Below, in pieces: positions 44,412 to 53,922 of a stretch of DNA of 64,000 bases. Each line of letters begins with the position of its first letter. Within the stretch, counting starts at the first letter, position 1. This stretch comes from Bdellovibrionota bacterium (GTDB taxonomy: Bacteria; Bdellovibrionota_C; UBA2361; JAAYZI01), in NCBI GenBank assembly GCA_050950765.1, contig JBMNIF010000002.1:1088001-1152000 (forward strand), given 5' to 3'. The translations under genes were made by a program, and so were the position numbers. Under the pieces are notes generated by a model. The model ran no database searches and was not told the DNA's origin. It was given only the letters and a program-made list of their open reading frames with translations.

Positions 44412-45764
44412 ATGAAGATTGTGAAAAATCAGAGCGGCTCTACTTCTTTATTTGTTGTTGCTTGTATCTTGCCGTTACTCTTCCTCGCTTTCTCCTTAAG
44501 CCTTGATGTTAGCCATTATCTGAAGACGTTACGCAATGTAAATCAAACTTTGGATGAAGCTGCCCTGAATGCTTATCGTTATATGCCAGATCAGACGGCA
44601 GCTATGGCTGCTGCACGTGCATATCTGAATGCGCATGGGAACTACGCCGAGAAGGTGCAGATCTCGGCAGATGATGCCGGAATCCTCTTGCAATTTAACG
44701 GACAAAGTAAGATCTTTTTTGCAGAGTTACTCGGTTTTAAAGAGGGTATCCCTTTACAAGTTGCTTCCAGAGTAAGGGGCACTCCTTATGATGTTATGGT
44801 GGTGATGGATGCTGGATCTTACCTTGCTCCACCAGCAGGTTCTCCTGCTTGGAGAAATAACTTAAACTCAAGCGATCCCTCTCCATGGTATGAAGCACGT
44901 TATTTTGAGGACAAACACGGTGACTTTGATGAAGATCCACTCCTTTTAACTCAAAAATGTTTTAATCCCGCCTTTAATCCTATTAAGGTCACTGCTTTAT
45001 CTGCTGTTAAGTTTTTTTCGCAATCAAAGATGAATGCCATTGGTGCTGCCATCTATCCCGCTTCGGAATTGCAAGCGTCGTATCTGATTGCTCCTGTTGT
45101 GCAACAGGGACGTTTTCAAGCGCATTGGTCACCATTCTCAAATTTTCAGATCTATTGCGTAGCGATGGCTGAAAGTGAAGAGTTAGGAAGTCGCTACGCC
45201 TTTCCTACTGATGCAGGAAGTACCTTTCAGAAACGGGTTTATCTAGGGGACACTTTACAATACAACGAAGATTACGCACCTAGTGTTAGTGACCTTATCT
45301 GGAGCTATCCTGTACAAAGTAAGGTGGGGGATTTTGCAGAAGCCATCAACGTTATCTATAAACAGTTATTAGCGTCTGATCTTATTCATGAACGGGGCGG
45401 CTTGACGGGGTACGCTCAAAAAACGGCGATTGTTATAGCAGGAGATCTGCCGTGGAGTGATGGGAAACGGTATCCGCAGATCTCTAAAACACTTTCAAAT
45501 AACTTGGCAGTTATGAAACGGAGTGTGCTCAACTTAGGTCTAGATTTTAAGTTGTATTATCTATTGTGGGGGCATCAAGGGATAAGTGTAACAGATTCTG
45601 AAGTTTCAAGTCTGTCACACTATTTTGAGTCAATGGCAGCACACTCTGAAAGAGCCTCTTTCCATTTAAAACTTGTTTACGCAGAGAGCTTTGATGAGTT
45701 TTTAAAACAAAGGCTCCTTGATGGAGTTTTACTTGATCAGAGAAATGCAGTCGTTTCAAAGTGA
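44412..45764 (+). CDS. TadG-like pilus protein (prepilin-like N-terminus plus a vWA-like region)
   Basis: KNQSG-STSLFVV hydrophobic helix, LD...Y, LDEAALNA, later DVMVVMD. Confidence 0.65.
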   Translation: MKIVKNQSGSTSLFVVACILPLLFLAFSLSLDVSHYLKTLRNVNQTLDEAALNAYRYMPDQTAAMAAARAYLNAHGNYAEKVQISADDAGILLQFNGQSKIFFAELLGFKEGIPLQVASRVRGTPYDVMVVMDAGSYLAPPAGSPAWRNNLNSSDPSPWYEARYFEDKHGDFDEDPLLLTQKCFNPAFNPIKVTALSAVKFFSQSKMNAIGAAIYPASELQASYLIAPVVQQGRFQAHWSPFSNFQIYCVAMAESEELGSRYAFPTDAGSTFQKRVYLGDTLQYNEDYAPSVSDLIWSYPVQSKVGDFAEAINVIYKQLLASDLIHERGGLTGYAQKTAIVIAGDLPWSDGKRYPQISKTLSNNLAVMKRSVLNLGLDFKLYYLLWGHQGISVTDSEVSSLSHYFESMAAHSERASFHLKLVYAESFDEFLKQRLLDGVLLDQRNAVVSK

Positions 45765-46753
45765 CGGATTTAATAATGAAGGGCTTTAAGATTATGAAAA
45801 AGGAAAAGGGTGTCGCTCATGCGTTCGATCCTTTAGCAAAAACATCTTCTAAAATCATGAACAAGGAAAAATGGGTCGCTCATGTCTTCGATCCTCTAGC
45901 AAAAACACCTTCTAAAATCATGAAAAAGGAAAAATGGGTCGCTCATGTCTTCGATCCTCTAGCAAAAACACCTTCTAAAATCATGAACAAGGAAAAGGGT
46001 GTCACTCATGCGTTCGATCCTTTAGCAAAAACATCTTCTAAGATTATGAACAAGGAAAAGGGGATCGCCCTTTTAGAAGGTGCTGTTTGGGCGGTAATTT
46101 TAGGTGCTTTCGTTATCGCAGGTCTAGCGATAGCGGAGCATATTCAACGTCAACGCTTCCTTGAGACAACCTTTGATAAATATTTAAGTAGTTCCGCCGT
46201 GCGTCCATTTAGATCTGATCTAAACGCTCTTGTGATTGATGATTCTGCAATTACAAAATATATAGAAGGTGTAGGGGAGGAGGTAAAGGATGAAATTGTT
46301 GAATATACAGGGAGAGCGGGAGAGTTCTATATCGAGCTTCTTTATGCAGATCTGCAGATAGATACCGTAACAGGAAAAGTTGCTGGTTCTGCAAATGTTA
46401 GACGACGTATCTCGCAGGGGGATCCCTCTTTTATCTCTCCAGAGATATATACTAAAACCGACCTTAGCACTTTAATCTCTCACTATTTAAATGAAACAAA
46501 AACAGAGAGTGGAGCTTTCTTATATGCCACGCCATCTCTTGGAAAGAGTGCTACCCTAGAAGCTATCTATCAAGGTGGTGGAGTTTCTTTAGAGCGTACT
46601 GCTTTTGCTCCAAGTGCAGTTTTAGTGGCAGCACGTGCTTTTTTCGCTAAAACAAAGGGCAGCCCTGCAGAGTTCTTAAAAAAACAGATCGGAGTAGAGC
46701 CGATCTATTATTCTTATAAGGTAAAAACATTACGTGGTGATTTTAATCTTTAA
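45761..46753 (+). CDS. TadE/pseudopilin-like protein; probable functional start at 46046 after the tandem repeats
   Basis: MNKEKG-IALLE prepilin motif (G-1, E+5) followed by a hydrophobic helix. Confidence 0.6.
   Translation: MTDLIMKGFKIMKKEKGVAHAFDPLAKTSSKIMNKEKWVAHVFDPLAKTPSKIMKKEKWVAHVFDPLAKTPSKIMNKEKGVTHAFDPLAKTSSKIMNKEKGIALLEGAVWAVILGAFVIAGLAIAEHIQRQRFLETTFDKYLSSSAVRPFRSDLNALVIDDSAITKYIEGVGEEVKDEIVEYTGRAGEFYIELLYADLQIDTVTGKVAGSANVRRRISQGDPSFISPEIYTKTDLSTLISHYLNETKTESGAFLYATPSLGKSATLEAIYQGGGVSLERTAFAPSAVLVAARAFFAKTKGSPAEFLKKQIGVEPIYYSYKVKTLRGDFNL
45791..46063 (+). repeat. 63-bp in-frame tandem repeat, 4 full copies plus 1 partial
   Basis: Units at 45791, 45854, 45917, 45980 and 46043 encoding IM(K/N)KEK(G/W)VAH(A/V)FDPLAKT(S/P)SK. 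Confidence 0.95.
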
Positions 46754-46840
46754 GGGTAGGGCTAAAAAGGTTTAAAAAAGCCAGTTACTTTTTTTGGTGG
46801 GTAAAAACATTGCGTGGTGATTTTAATCTTTGAGGGGCAG
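46720..46840 (+). repeat. Duplication of a gene 3' end at 80-bp period
   Basis: GGTAAAAACATT(A/G)CGTGGTGATTTTAATCTTT(A/G)AGGG at 46720 and 46800. Confidence 0.9.
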
Positions 46841-46943
46841 GGGGAGCGTTAACTTTAGGGGTGGTTTGTATTAAAAAATATATAGGGTAAAAGAAGATAA
46901 AATATTCTTGACACCGTCCACCTATTGTATATTGTTTTTCCGT

Positions 46944-48101
46944 ATGACACATGAATTAAAAGCGATACAACAAGATAAGGCTGCTCCTTTAAGACCGTTA
47001 ACTGTTGCAGAGCAGATGTTAGGTGCTACTGAATTATTGCATTACGCCGATAAATTCCGCGGATATACCTTTGCTTGCGTTATTGGACAAACCGGTTGGT
47101 TAGGAGATTTTTTCTTAGATATCAAGGTGTTTTACCTAGCGCATATCCGTATCTTAATCTGTTGTGTTTATCGTCCTTGGTTGGAGTCTCAAGTGGCAGA
47201 ATGGAACTCTAGGGGGTACGCTCTGGACTACTTTGAAACTACTACTGCTGGGATTGCAGATCTAGCAGCTGCCGTAAAAGACTCTATATCTAAGCAACGT
47301 CTCCCCGTTATCGCCATTAAAGGCACCCCTCAAGTTGATGTACCACCCTCTAAATTTCACGATGATGCTTTGGCGATGGCAGCAGCAGCAGGTTCACAAC
47401 GTGCCTTTATTTTAAGTAGCGCTGAAGGCATCATAATAAATAACAGGTTATTATCGCACATCTCTTCTTCTGACGTGATCAATATTCCAGATGATGCTGT
47501 TTTAAATGTTTCCAGAGATACCTTGAACTATCTTGCTACTAAGCAGTTACAGTATGGGATGGAGTTGGTTGTGTTGCACGCATCTGCCGGAAGTATGTTT
47601 CAAGAGGTCTTTTCTCATATCGGTATCGGAACTCTCTTATCTGATATGCACAAGATCCTCTTTAGAGGAGCAAAGCCGACTGATGCGCGTGATATCGCTT
47701 TTATTATGAAACCTTATGTGCAAGCGGGGGCGCTTTTGCCTGTTTCTGAAGATAGTATCGTACAAAATGTAGAAAACTATTATGTATATACGATCAATGA
47801 AGATGTTGTCGGGGTGGGACGTTTGACGGAATACGGTGAAGGGTATGAATTAGGTAAGCTCGCCACACTTCCCAGATATAGAAGGAAGGGGCTGGCGCGT
47901 TCAATGTTGGAAGAGTTGATAAAACGTGCCGTAGCGGACGGTAAAAAGTTTGTCTTCTCATTAACGATTGAATCTATCATGGTTGATCTCTTAACATCAC
48001 TCGGTTTTTCTGAAGTGGCACGGGAAACTTTACCGGAAAGTTGGAAAAACGGTTACGATTTTAAAAGACCCTCGCGAGCTTTTCTTTATAACCTCCCTTA
48101 A
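46944..48101 (+). CDS. argA: ArgA-like N-acetylglutamate synthase (degenerate AAK domain plus GNAT)
   Basis: HYADKFRGYTF, EVFSH.GIGTL, KPYVQAG.LL, ELGKLATLP.YRRKGLA, LPE. Confidence 0.7.
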   Translation: MTHELKAIQQDKAAPLRPLTVAEQMLGATELLHYADKFRGYTFACVIGQTGWLGDFFLDIKVFYLAHIRILICCVYRPWLESQVAEWNSRGYALDYFETTTAGIADLAAAVKDSISKQRLPVIAIKGTPQVDVPPSKFHDDALAMAAAAGSQRAFILSSAEGIIINNRLLSHISSSDVINIPDDAVLNVSRDTLNYLATKQLQYGMELVVLHASAGSMFQEVFSHIGIGTLLSDMHKILFRGAKPTDARDIAFIMKPYVQAGALLPVSEDSIVQNVENYYVYTINEDVVGVGRLTEYGEGYELGKLATLPRYRRKGLARSMLEELIKRAVADGKKFVFSLTIESIMVDLLTSLGFSEVARETLPESWKNGYDFKRPSRAFLYNLP

Positions 48102-48165
48102 GCACGGCGTGTATGCTTAAAAAACGTAAAGAATAATTTAAAAATAAAGATTTTAATATAAAACG

Positions 48166-48501
48166 TTATAGCGGTTCTATAATAATAGGAGAGCCTGTTT
48201 TAGTAGAGGTGGGGATCTCACAACTTTTAGTAAGACAGGTTTTTATAACGGTAATACTCTTATCGGAAGATACTGTTGTAAATTGATAAGCGCTCTCAGA
48301 GTTTTTTACGATGACTCTCTTAGAGTCTTCCTCTTCAAAACGAATTTTCTCCGGAATAACTAGAGTGATGGTGATAGAAGCTTTTGAAGAGGTGCCGACT
48401 GAGCCGTTATTACTACCTGCTAAAGCATCTTGCATAAATAAAGTAAGGCTAAAAAGAGTTAGTAAAAGAATAGTAATCTGTTTTTTAAAAATACTGCGCA
48501 T
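48166..48501 (-). CDS. Hypothetical secreted protein
   Basis: Signal peptide ending ALA; short beta-rich mature part. Confidence 0.55.
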   Translation of the reverse strand: MRSIFKKQITILLLTLFSLTLFMQDALAGSNNGSVGTSSKASITITLVIPEKIRFEEEDSKRVIVKNSESAYQFTTVSSDKSITVIKTCLTKSCEIPTSTKTGSPIIIEPL

Positions 48502-48750
48502 GAAAATCACCCGAATCCACATAACCACACGGTGCATACCATAACGCAAATAAAGTTCTTACTAAAGTTTGATTTTATCAGTAAGCCGCCTTAGAGCTCT
48601 TTAAAATAAGGATATTAAAGGGTTTTTGCAATTTATCAGAAAGTTTTTATAGATGCGGCTAACTATTCAACCTAACAGTAAAGATGCTTTTTCGTGATAT
48701 GCTCAACGACTTAAATAGGCTACTTCTATAGATGCTGCCAGCTATTTAAC

Positions 48751-49395
48751 TTAATGGTAAAGGCGTTTTTTCGTGATATAATCAGCAACTTGAGGTGGTA
48801 AGTAGGTAGACGGAATAGAGCCGTTTTTTATAGCAGCACGTATTTCGTTTGAAGATGTTTGAAGAAGGGGGATCTCCACCATCTTTGCAAGCTTAATAGT
48901 GTTATTAGAAGTTTCTTTCTCGTTTGCATACCCTGCTCTTGAATAAGGGACTATTAAAGCCAACTCCTGAACTTCTTGGATAGATCTCCAAGCGGAGAGG
49001 GTTGGAATTAAATCGGATCCGATTAAAAGGTAGAGGGAAGCGTTGCTATTTAATTTTGCACGGATCTTTTTTAGTGTATCTACTGTATAAGAGCACTCAC
49101 TGGATGGAGAGTTCGGATGCAGCTCAATATCTGAAACAAAGAGGTCTTGCTCGTCTTGCAAAGCTAAAACTAACATCTCAAAACGTTCTTTATCCGTTGC
49201 TAACGGTGAGTTTTCCTTTAATGGATTGGCGTGAGTCGGAATAAAAACACAGCAAGAGAGGTTTAGAACTTGTAGGAGGTGTTTCGCAGCCGCTAGGTGT
49301 CCGAGGTGAACGGGATCAAAAGTACCACCCAAGATGCCAATCTTTCCGGAAAGGGTGGAAAATGATCTGAGTATGGGAGAGCGAGTGTTGTACAT
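48751..49395 (-). CDS. nadD: Nicotinate-nucleotide adenylyltransferase
   Basis: GILGGTFDPVHLGH, SYTVDTL, LIGSD, SS.EIR. Confidence 0.95.
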   Translation of the reverse strand: MYNTRSPILRSFSTLSGKIGILGGTFDPVHLGHLAAAKHLLQVLNLSCCVFIPTHANPLKENSPLATDKERFEMLVLALQDEQDLFVSDIELHPNSPSSECSYTVDTLKKIRAKLNSNASLYLLIGSDLIPTLSAWRSIQEVQELALIVPYSRAGYANEKETSNNTIKLAKMVEIPLLQTSSNEIRAAIKNGSIPSTYLPPQVADYITKKRLYH

Positions 49396-49682
49396 ATCGC
49401 CTTTTATGCGCTATTCGTTGCTGATCGAGAAAAAAAGGTGCGTTGAATAATAGCAATATTGCTATAAAGAAAGGCTCAAGTCTACTCTTTCTCTTCTTTT
49501 AGAGAAATTATTGCAAATAATGTTGATTAGTTGCATTGATTGTTTGTCTACTTTTTAGCATAATGCCTGAGAAGTTTCTGATGCTGCTGTATTAAATATG
49601 TGTTGCACCCGATATAAAACTGCCGTAGTGAGCTTTTAAGGGTGATTCGTTTTCTGCTTTCGTAAAAAAAATTAATCTGGAG

Positions 49683-50861
49683 ATGGGCGTTATGAGGATC
49701 GCGCTGCTTTCATGGGAGAGTTTACATTCTATTGCAGTTGGTGGGGTAGCTGTGCACGTGACGGAGCTCGCCGCCGGTTTGCAGAGACGGGGACATGAAG
49801 TTCACGTTTTCGTAAGGATGGGAGAGGGGCAGTCTCGTTATGATTTAAAAGACGGTGTGCACTATCACCGTTGTCCGATAGATATTCATCCTGATTTCGT
49901 TACAGAGATGAATAATATGTGTAATAGCTTTATCTGGCATCTCGGAGAGGTAGAGTTCGGACTCGGAGCAGGTTTCGATATTGTGCACGGACATGATTGG
50001 ATGTGCGCCAAGGGGGTTGTGCAGGCTAAGAACAATCGGGGCAGAAAAACAGTTTTTACCATTCACTCCACTGAGTTCGGTCGGTGTGGAAATAACAGTT
50101 ATAGGGGAAATAGCGACAGGGTTAAGGCTTTTGAAGCAGAAGGTGCTTTTTGCGCTGATCGTGTTATTACGGTTTCAGGTACGTTGGCGGATGAAGTTAA
50201 GTGGCTCTACCACGTGCCGGATTGGAAGTTACGGTGTGTCTATAACGGTATAAATTGTCACCGTTATGACGGTTGGATCGATCCTGCTGTTTGTCGCAAA
50301 ACTTACGGTATCGGTCCAGTTGATCCGATGGTGCTTTTTGTAGGACGTTTTAGCACCCAGAAAGGTCCGGACCTCTTGCTGGAGGCTATCCCAGAAGTTC
50401 TGGCTATGCGTGGTGATGCCAAATTTGTGTTCGTTGGCGATGGTTATATGCGCCGTGATATGGAGAATCGTGCTAATCAGTTGGGGGTTTCTCACGCTTG
50501 CAGGTTCCTCGGTAGTATGAACCCCGATGGTGATCTGATTAATCTTTTTAAGAGTACGGATTGCGTTTGTGTGCCGAGTCGAAATGAGCCGTTCGGGATC
50601 GTGATCCTTGAAGCTTGGTCTGCTGGAAAACCTGTGGTTGCAACGTATAATGGTGGACCAAAAGAGTTCGTTACACATGGTAAGACGGGGTATCTGGTTT
50701 ACGATCATGCAGGTTCTATCGCTTGGGGCGTAAAGGAGATCTTTAGAAACTTTGCACATGCTCAGTGGATGGGAGAGCAGGGGCGTGTTGCTGCTGCCTA
50801 CGGCTTTAACTGGGATCGTATCTCTGAACAAACAGAGGGAGTTTACCGAGAGATCTTGTAG
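49683..50861 (+). CDS. GT4 glycosyltransferase, glycogen-synthase-like
   Basis: LSWE...GGVAVHV.ELA, HGHDW, TIHSTE.GR, PSRNEPFGIVILEAW. Confidence 0.9.
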   Translation: MGVMRIALLSWESLHSIAVGGVAVHVTELAAGLQRRGHEVHVFVRMGEGQSRYDLKDGVHYHRCPIDIHPDFVTEMNNMCNSFIWHLGEVEFGLGAGFDIVHGHDWMCAKGVVQAKNNRGRKTVFTIHSTEFGRCGNNSYRGNSDRVKAFEAEGAFCADRVITVSGTLADEVKWLYHVPDWKLRCVYNGINCHRYDGWIDPAVCRKTYGIGPVDPMVLFVGRFSTQKGPDLLLEAIPEVLAMRGDAKFVFVGDGYMRRDMENRANQLGVSHACRFLGSMNPDGDLINLFKSTDCVCVPSRNEPFGIVILEAWSAGKPVVATYNGGPKEFVTHGKTGYLVYDHAGSIAWGVKEIFRNFAHAQWMGEQGRVAAAYGFNWDRISEQTEGVYREIL

Positions 50862-50948
50862 TTAATCCACCTCTGGTTTTTTAACTTTACTGAAAGTTTT
50901 TATAATTAAGTTTAGTGACCGTGCTGTGTTAGCACCCCTATAAGATCG

Positions 50949-53093
50949 TTACTCTCCGTTTTTTCCTTGAGGAGACGGTTTTATTACAAAGCTTAATAGT
51001 GTTACGAAAGGAATAATCAGGATCGTAAGGATGCTTCCAGGAACGAAGAAGTGAAATAAAAATAGTGTAAACGAGGCGATCCCCCAACATAAGATCAATA
51101 AGAGGCTAAAGCCGATTTTAAACTTAGTCGGTAAAAATATAATTAAGAGTGTTGCCAGTACGGCTAGAATACTTAAAGCTAACACCTCTTTTTCCGGAGT
51201 GGCACGTTTAATCCATTCATGATTTATAATATTACTGATAGCGGTAGCGTGTATCTCAGTTCCAAAAACAAAGCGTCCACTAAAGGGGGATTCAAACTCT
51301 TCCTTCTGATTAGGTCCAGAGCTACTTTGCAAGAGGAGACCGACGACAACAACCTTGTTCTCAAAAAGTTCAGCAGGTAGGGGTGATTCTACTTCCAGCA
51401 CCGATTCGTATGATACGATCTTAATCGTTCTAGGCGGACCGTAATAATTGATTAAGTCATACTCTTCAGGAAGTGCTAAGTCACTTTCATAAGCACCAGC
51501 TCCCGCAGCATCAAGAGAGAGTAAGTCTTTATAATGTTCAGACCTTTCGGTATTAAAACGACGGATGCGACCGAAGTCTGCTGGCATATTTACCAATCCA
51601 GTTGCGACAGCATTTTTAAGGAGGAGATCATAAGGCTCCTGATATGTTTCGAGAGCATAAGAACCTGTCAGGGTAGTTTGAGGGATCTGCATAAATGAGG
51701 AGCCTAAAACAGTTGGTACTTCAGCGATAGCAGCAGCAAAGTGCGCATTCTCTTCAGGAGCTGCTCCCTCTCCTATGAAGAGGATATCAAAGACGACGCG
51801 CTTTACGCCGTATTCAGCGAGGCGTTGCAGTAATTCAGCGTGAGTTTTACGGGGCCACGGCGCAGTTAAAGGGATATCAAGATTGCTATAACTTTGCTCG
51901 TTCATGGCAACTATAACAACATCATCGGGAACTTTCTCTACTCCACGTAGCGGAAACCAAAAGTCCAAGACCGCCAACTCAAAGTTTGCACCGAAGTCAC
52001 TTCTAAAAAGTAAGAGATGAGTAGCTGCGATAAATATAGAGATAAAGAGTGCACTTAAGATATTTTTTATGGAAAAAACTTTTCTGGCTGTTGCGATACC
52101 CTCTTTCGGCTCGGCTAAGGTTTGTGCTTGTGGATCAACCTGCAGATTTTGTTTGGTTTTTTCAATAGTCAGAGTGAAGTCGCCTATTGTAGGGCTTGAG
52201 TGTTCAAGTTGAACGCTCTTGCTACATTCAATAACATCCGCACTATCAGATACAGAATACCCTTCAATCTTAGTAGATAAGAGGCGAATCAATGAATCAA
52301 TACTCGGTCTTGCAGCAGGATTTTTATCCAGCATGGCGATAATTGTTTCATCAAGCCAAGTTGGTATTTCAGATCGCTTTTCAGAGGCGTGTGGTGGTGG
52401 CTTTTGTAGATGCAACGCTATGATCTTCGCAGGTACTTCATTATTAAACGGCAGATCTCCTGTCACCATTTCATAGAGTGAAATACCTAAACTGTAACAA
52501 TCCGTAGCGGGTGTAATCTTATCTGAAGTAAAAACTTCTGGTGCTACATAAGGCAGGGTACCGCAGAAATTATTATCATCCGTTAAATAAGATACTTTAG
52601 GGCGTGCTACCCCGAAGTCGGTAATCTTGACCGTATCATTATTAACGATCAAGATATTGGGTGGTTTTAAGTCGCGATGAACGATGTCACATTTATGAAT
52701 TGCTCTCAAACCGTAACAGATCTGAAGTGTAAAATAGAGAGCGTTATTTAGCGGGAGCGCTTTTTCCGTATTTAAAATAGTTCCAAGTGATACACCATCA
52801 ACAAACTCCATAGTAAAATAGATCACCCCATTATCGTGTCCGACATCATAAGTCCTGACAACATTAGGGTGCGTAACAAGACGCATCAACTGCACTTCCC
52901 TAAGGAAACGTTGATATTGAGAGGATTTGTGTTGAAGTTGTATGTGTAGGATCTTAATCGCAACATAAGATCCGCCTAGTAGTAGATCTTTTGCTACATA
53001 GACGGAGGCCATTCCACCGCTACCGAGAAATCTTTCGATCTCATAGCGGTTTGATATGACCCGACCGATAATGTTGCTTTCGTCAAATGCCAT
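50949..53093 (-). CDS. Membrane Ser/Thr protein kinase with a C-terminal CHASE2 sensor
   Basis: LGSGGMASVY, VAIK, HRDLKPPN, KITDFG, GT..Y.APE; a TM; then VVIVAMNE.S..PWPR..HA.LL..L, VFDILF, NKVVVVG, G.EIHA; three C-terminal TMs. Confidence 0.9.
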   Translation of the reverse strand: MAFDESNIIGRVISNRYEIERFLGSGGMASVYVAKDLLLGGSYVAIKILHIQLQHKSSQYQRFLREVQLMRLVTHPNVVRTYDVGHDNGVIYFTMEFVDGVSLGTILNTEKALPLNNALYFTLQICYGLRAIHKCDIVHRDLKPPNILIVNNDTVKITDFGVARPKVSYLTDDNNFCGTLPYVAPEVFTSDKITPATDCYSLGISLYEMVTGDLPFNNEVPAKIIALHLQKPPPHASEKRSEIPTWLDETIIAMLDKNPAARPSIDSLIRLLSTKIEGYSVSDSADVIECSKSVQLEHSSPTIGDFTLTIEKTKQNLQVDPQAQTLAEPKEGIATARKVFSIKNILSALFISIFIAATHLLLFRSDFGANFELAVLDFWFPLRGVEKVPDDVVIVAMNEQSYSNLDIPLTAPWPRKTHAELLQRLAEYGVKRVVFDILFIGEGAAPEENAHFAAAIAEVPTVLGSSFMQIPQTTLTGSYALETYQEPYDLLLKNAVATGLVNMPADFGRIRRFNTERSEHYKDLLSLDAAGAGAYESDLALPEEYDLINYYGPPRTIKIVSYESVLEVESPLPAELFENKVVVVGLLLQSSSGPNQKEEFESPFSGRFVFGTEIHATAISNIINHEWIKRATPEKEVLALSILAVLATLLIIFLPTKFKIGFSLLLILCWGIASFTLFLFHFFVPGSILTILIIPFVTLLSFVIKPSPQGKNGE

Positions 53094-53103
53094 CTTCTAA
53101 TAG

Positions 53104-53577
53104 TTAGTTTATCCTACGAACGGCATTACCCACAGCGCGCTCTTCACATTTATAACCGTCACTACAGGTGATAACTTGATGAAAATAGTTTTCAGCACGA
53201 TTATTATGAACAGGTTGGTAGGTGATGCTTGAGGTCCAAACGCAGTAGGTGCTGTCACCGAAAAGGTCTCCTGCAGTTATGTTTTCAACTTGAAGGACAC
53301 CATCTGGATCAAGTGCGGCGCTACCATCGATCATCCCGTTTGAAGAATAGAGGTCATATCCAACGTCTGATTCGTTGATTTCTTGGATATCAAGGAAGCC
53401 AGAAACGTCAGAAGAGGTGTACCAATCACAACTGTTAACGCCTGCAGTGCGGACGATATTATATGTTACATCCCAGACCCCCGTAAAAGAGGTGTCTTCA
53501 TTATCAGAGCTTGAACCACCACAAGCTGCTAAATTGCACAACAAAGAGAGAGCTAGATAGAAGCAAAATCTTTTCAT
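53104..53577 (-). CDS. Hypothetical lipoprotein, upstream of and co-oriented with the kinase
   Basis: LAA-C-GG lipobox, FTGVW motif, several Cys. Confidence 0.75.
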   Translation of the reverse strand: MKRFCFYLALSLLCNLAACGGSSSDNEDTSFTGVWDVTYNIVRTAGVNSCDWYTSSDVSGFLDIQEINESDVGYDLYSSNGMIDGSAALDPDGVLQVENITAGDLFGDSTYCVWTSSITYQPVHNNRAENYFHQVITCSDGYKCEERAVGNAVRRIN

Positions 53578-53922
53578 GACCTACCCTTAATAATTATAGA
53601 AAAATTTTAACACTCATTACATCTGATAAGAGCTTTTTTTATTTGGCTCTAATCACAGTGATTACAACCCGCCGTGGAATATGATGTTTTAAATATGCCG
53701 AGAGATGCAAAGGGTAACTGTTTTACGATCTTACGATAAGGTTCCCCTGCCTGAACGGCAAATTTAAAAACTTTCTCTGCTGAGAAATAAAGGTACTAGT
53801 CTCCACTAAAAATAAAAAGTATCTTAAACACGGGAGATGTCATCTAAATGCACACTAAGGTATTTGTTTTTTTCTAACCTCTTGTTTTTACAGGTTAATT
53901 TTACAGACTAATAGGATCAGTA

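Noticed and set aside
50229..50831. 200-aa antisense ORF within the GT4 gene, and similar antisense ORFs in ribosomal protein genes
   Set aside because: Shadow frames of well-supported genes with no recognisable motifs.
41357..53908. Similar TTTTTACAGGTTAA..TTTTACAGAC motifs upstream of pfkA and of the FecR-TPR receptor
   Set aside because: The half-site spacing differs (15 vs 13 bp) and there are only two AT-rich instances, too weak to call a shared operator.
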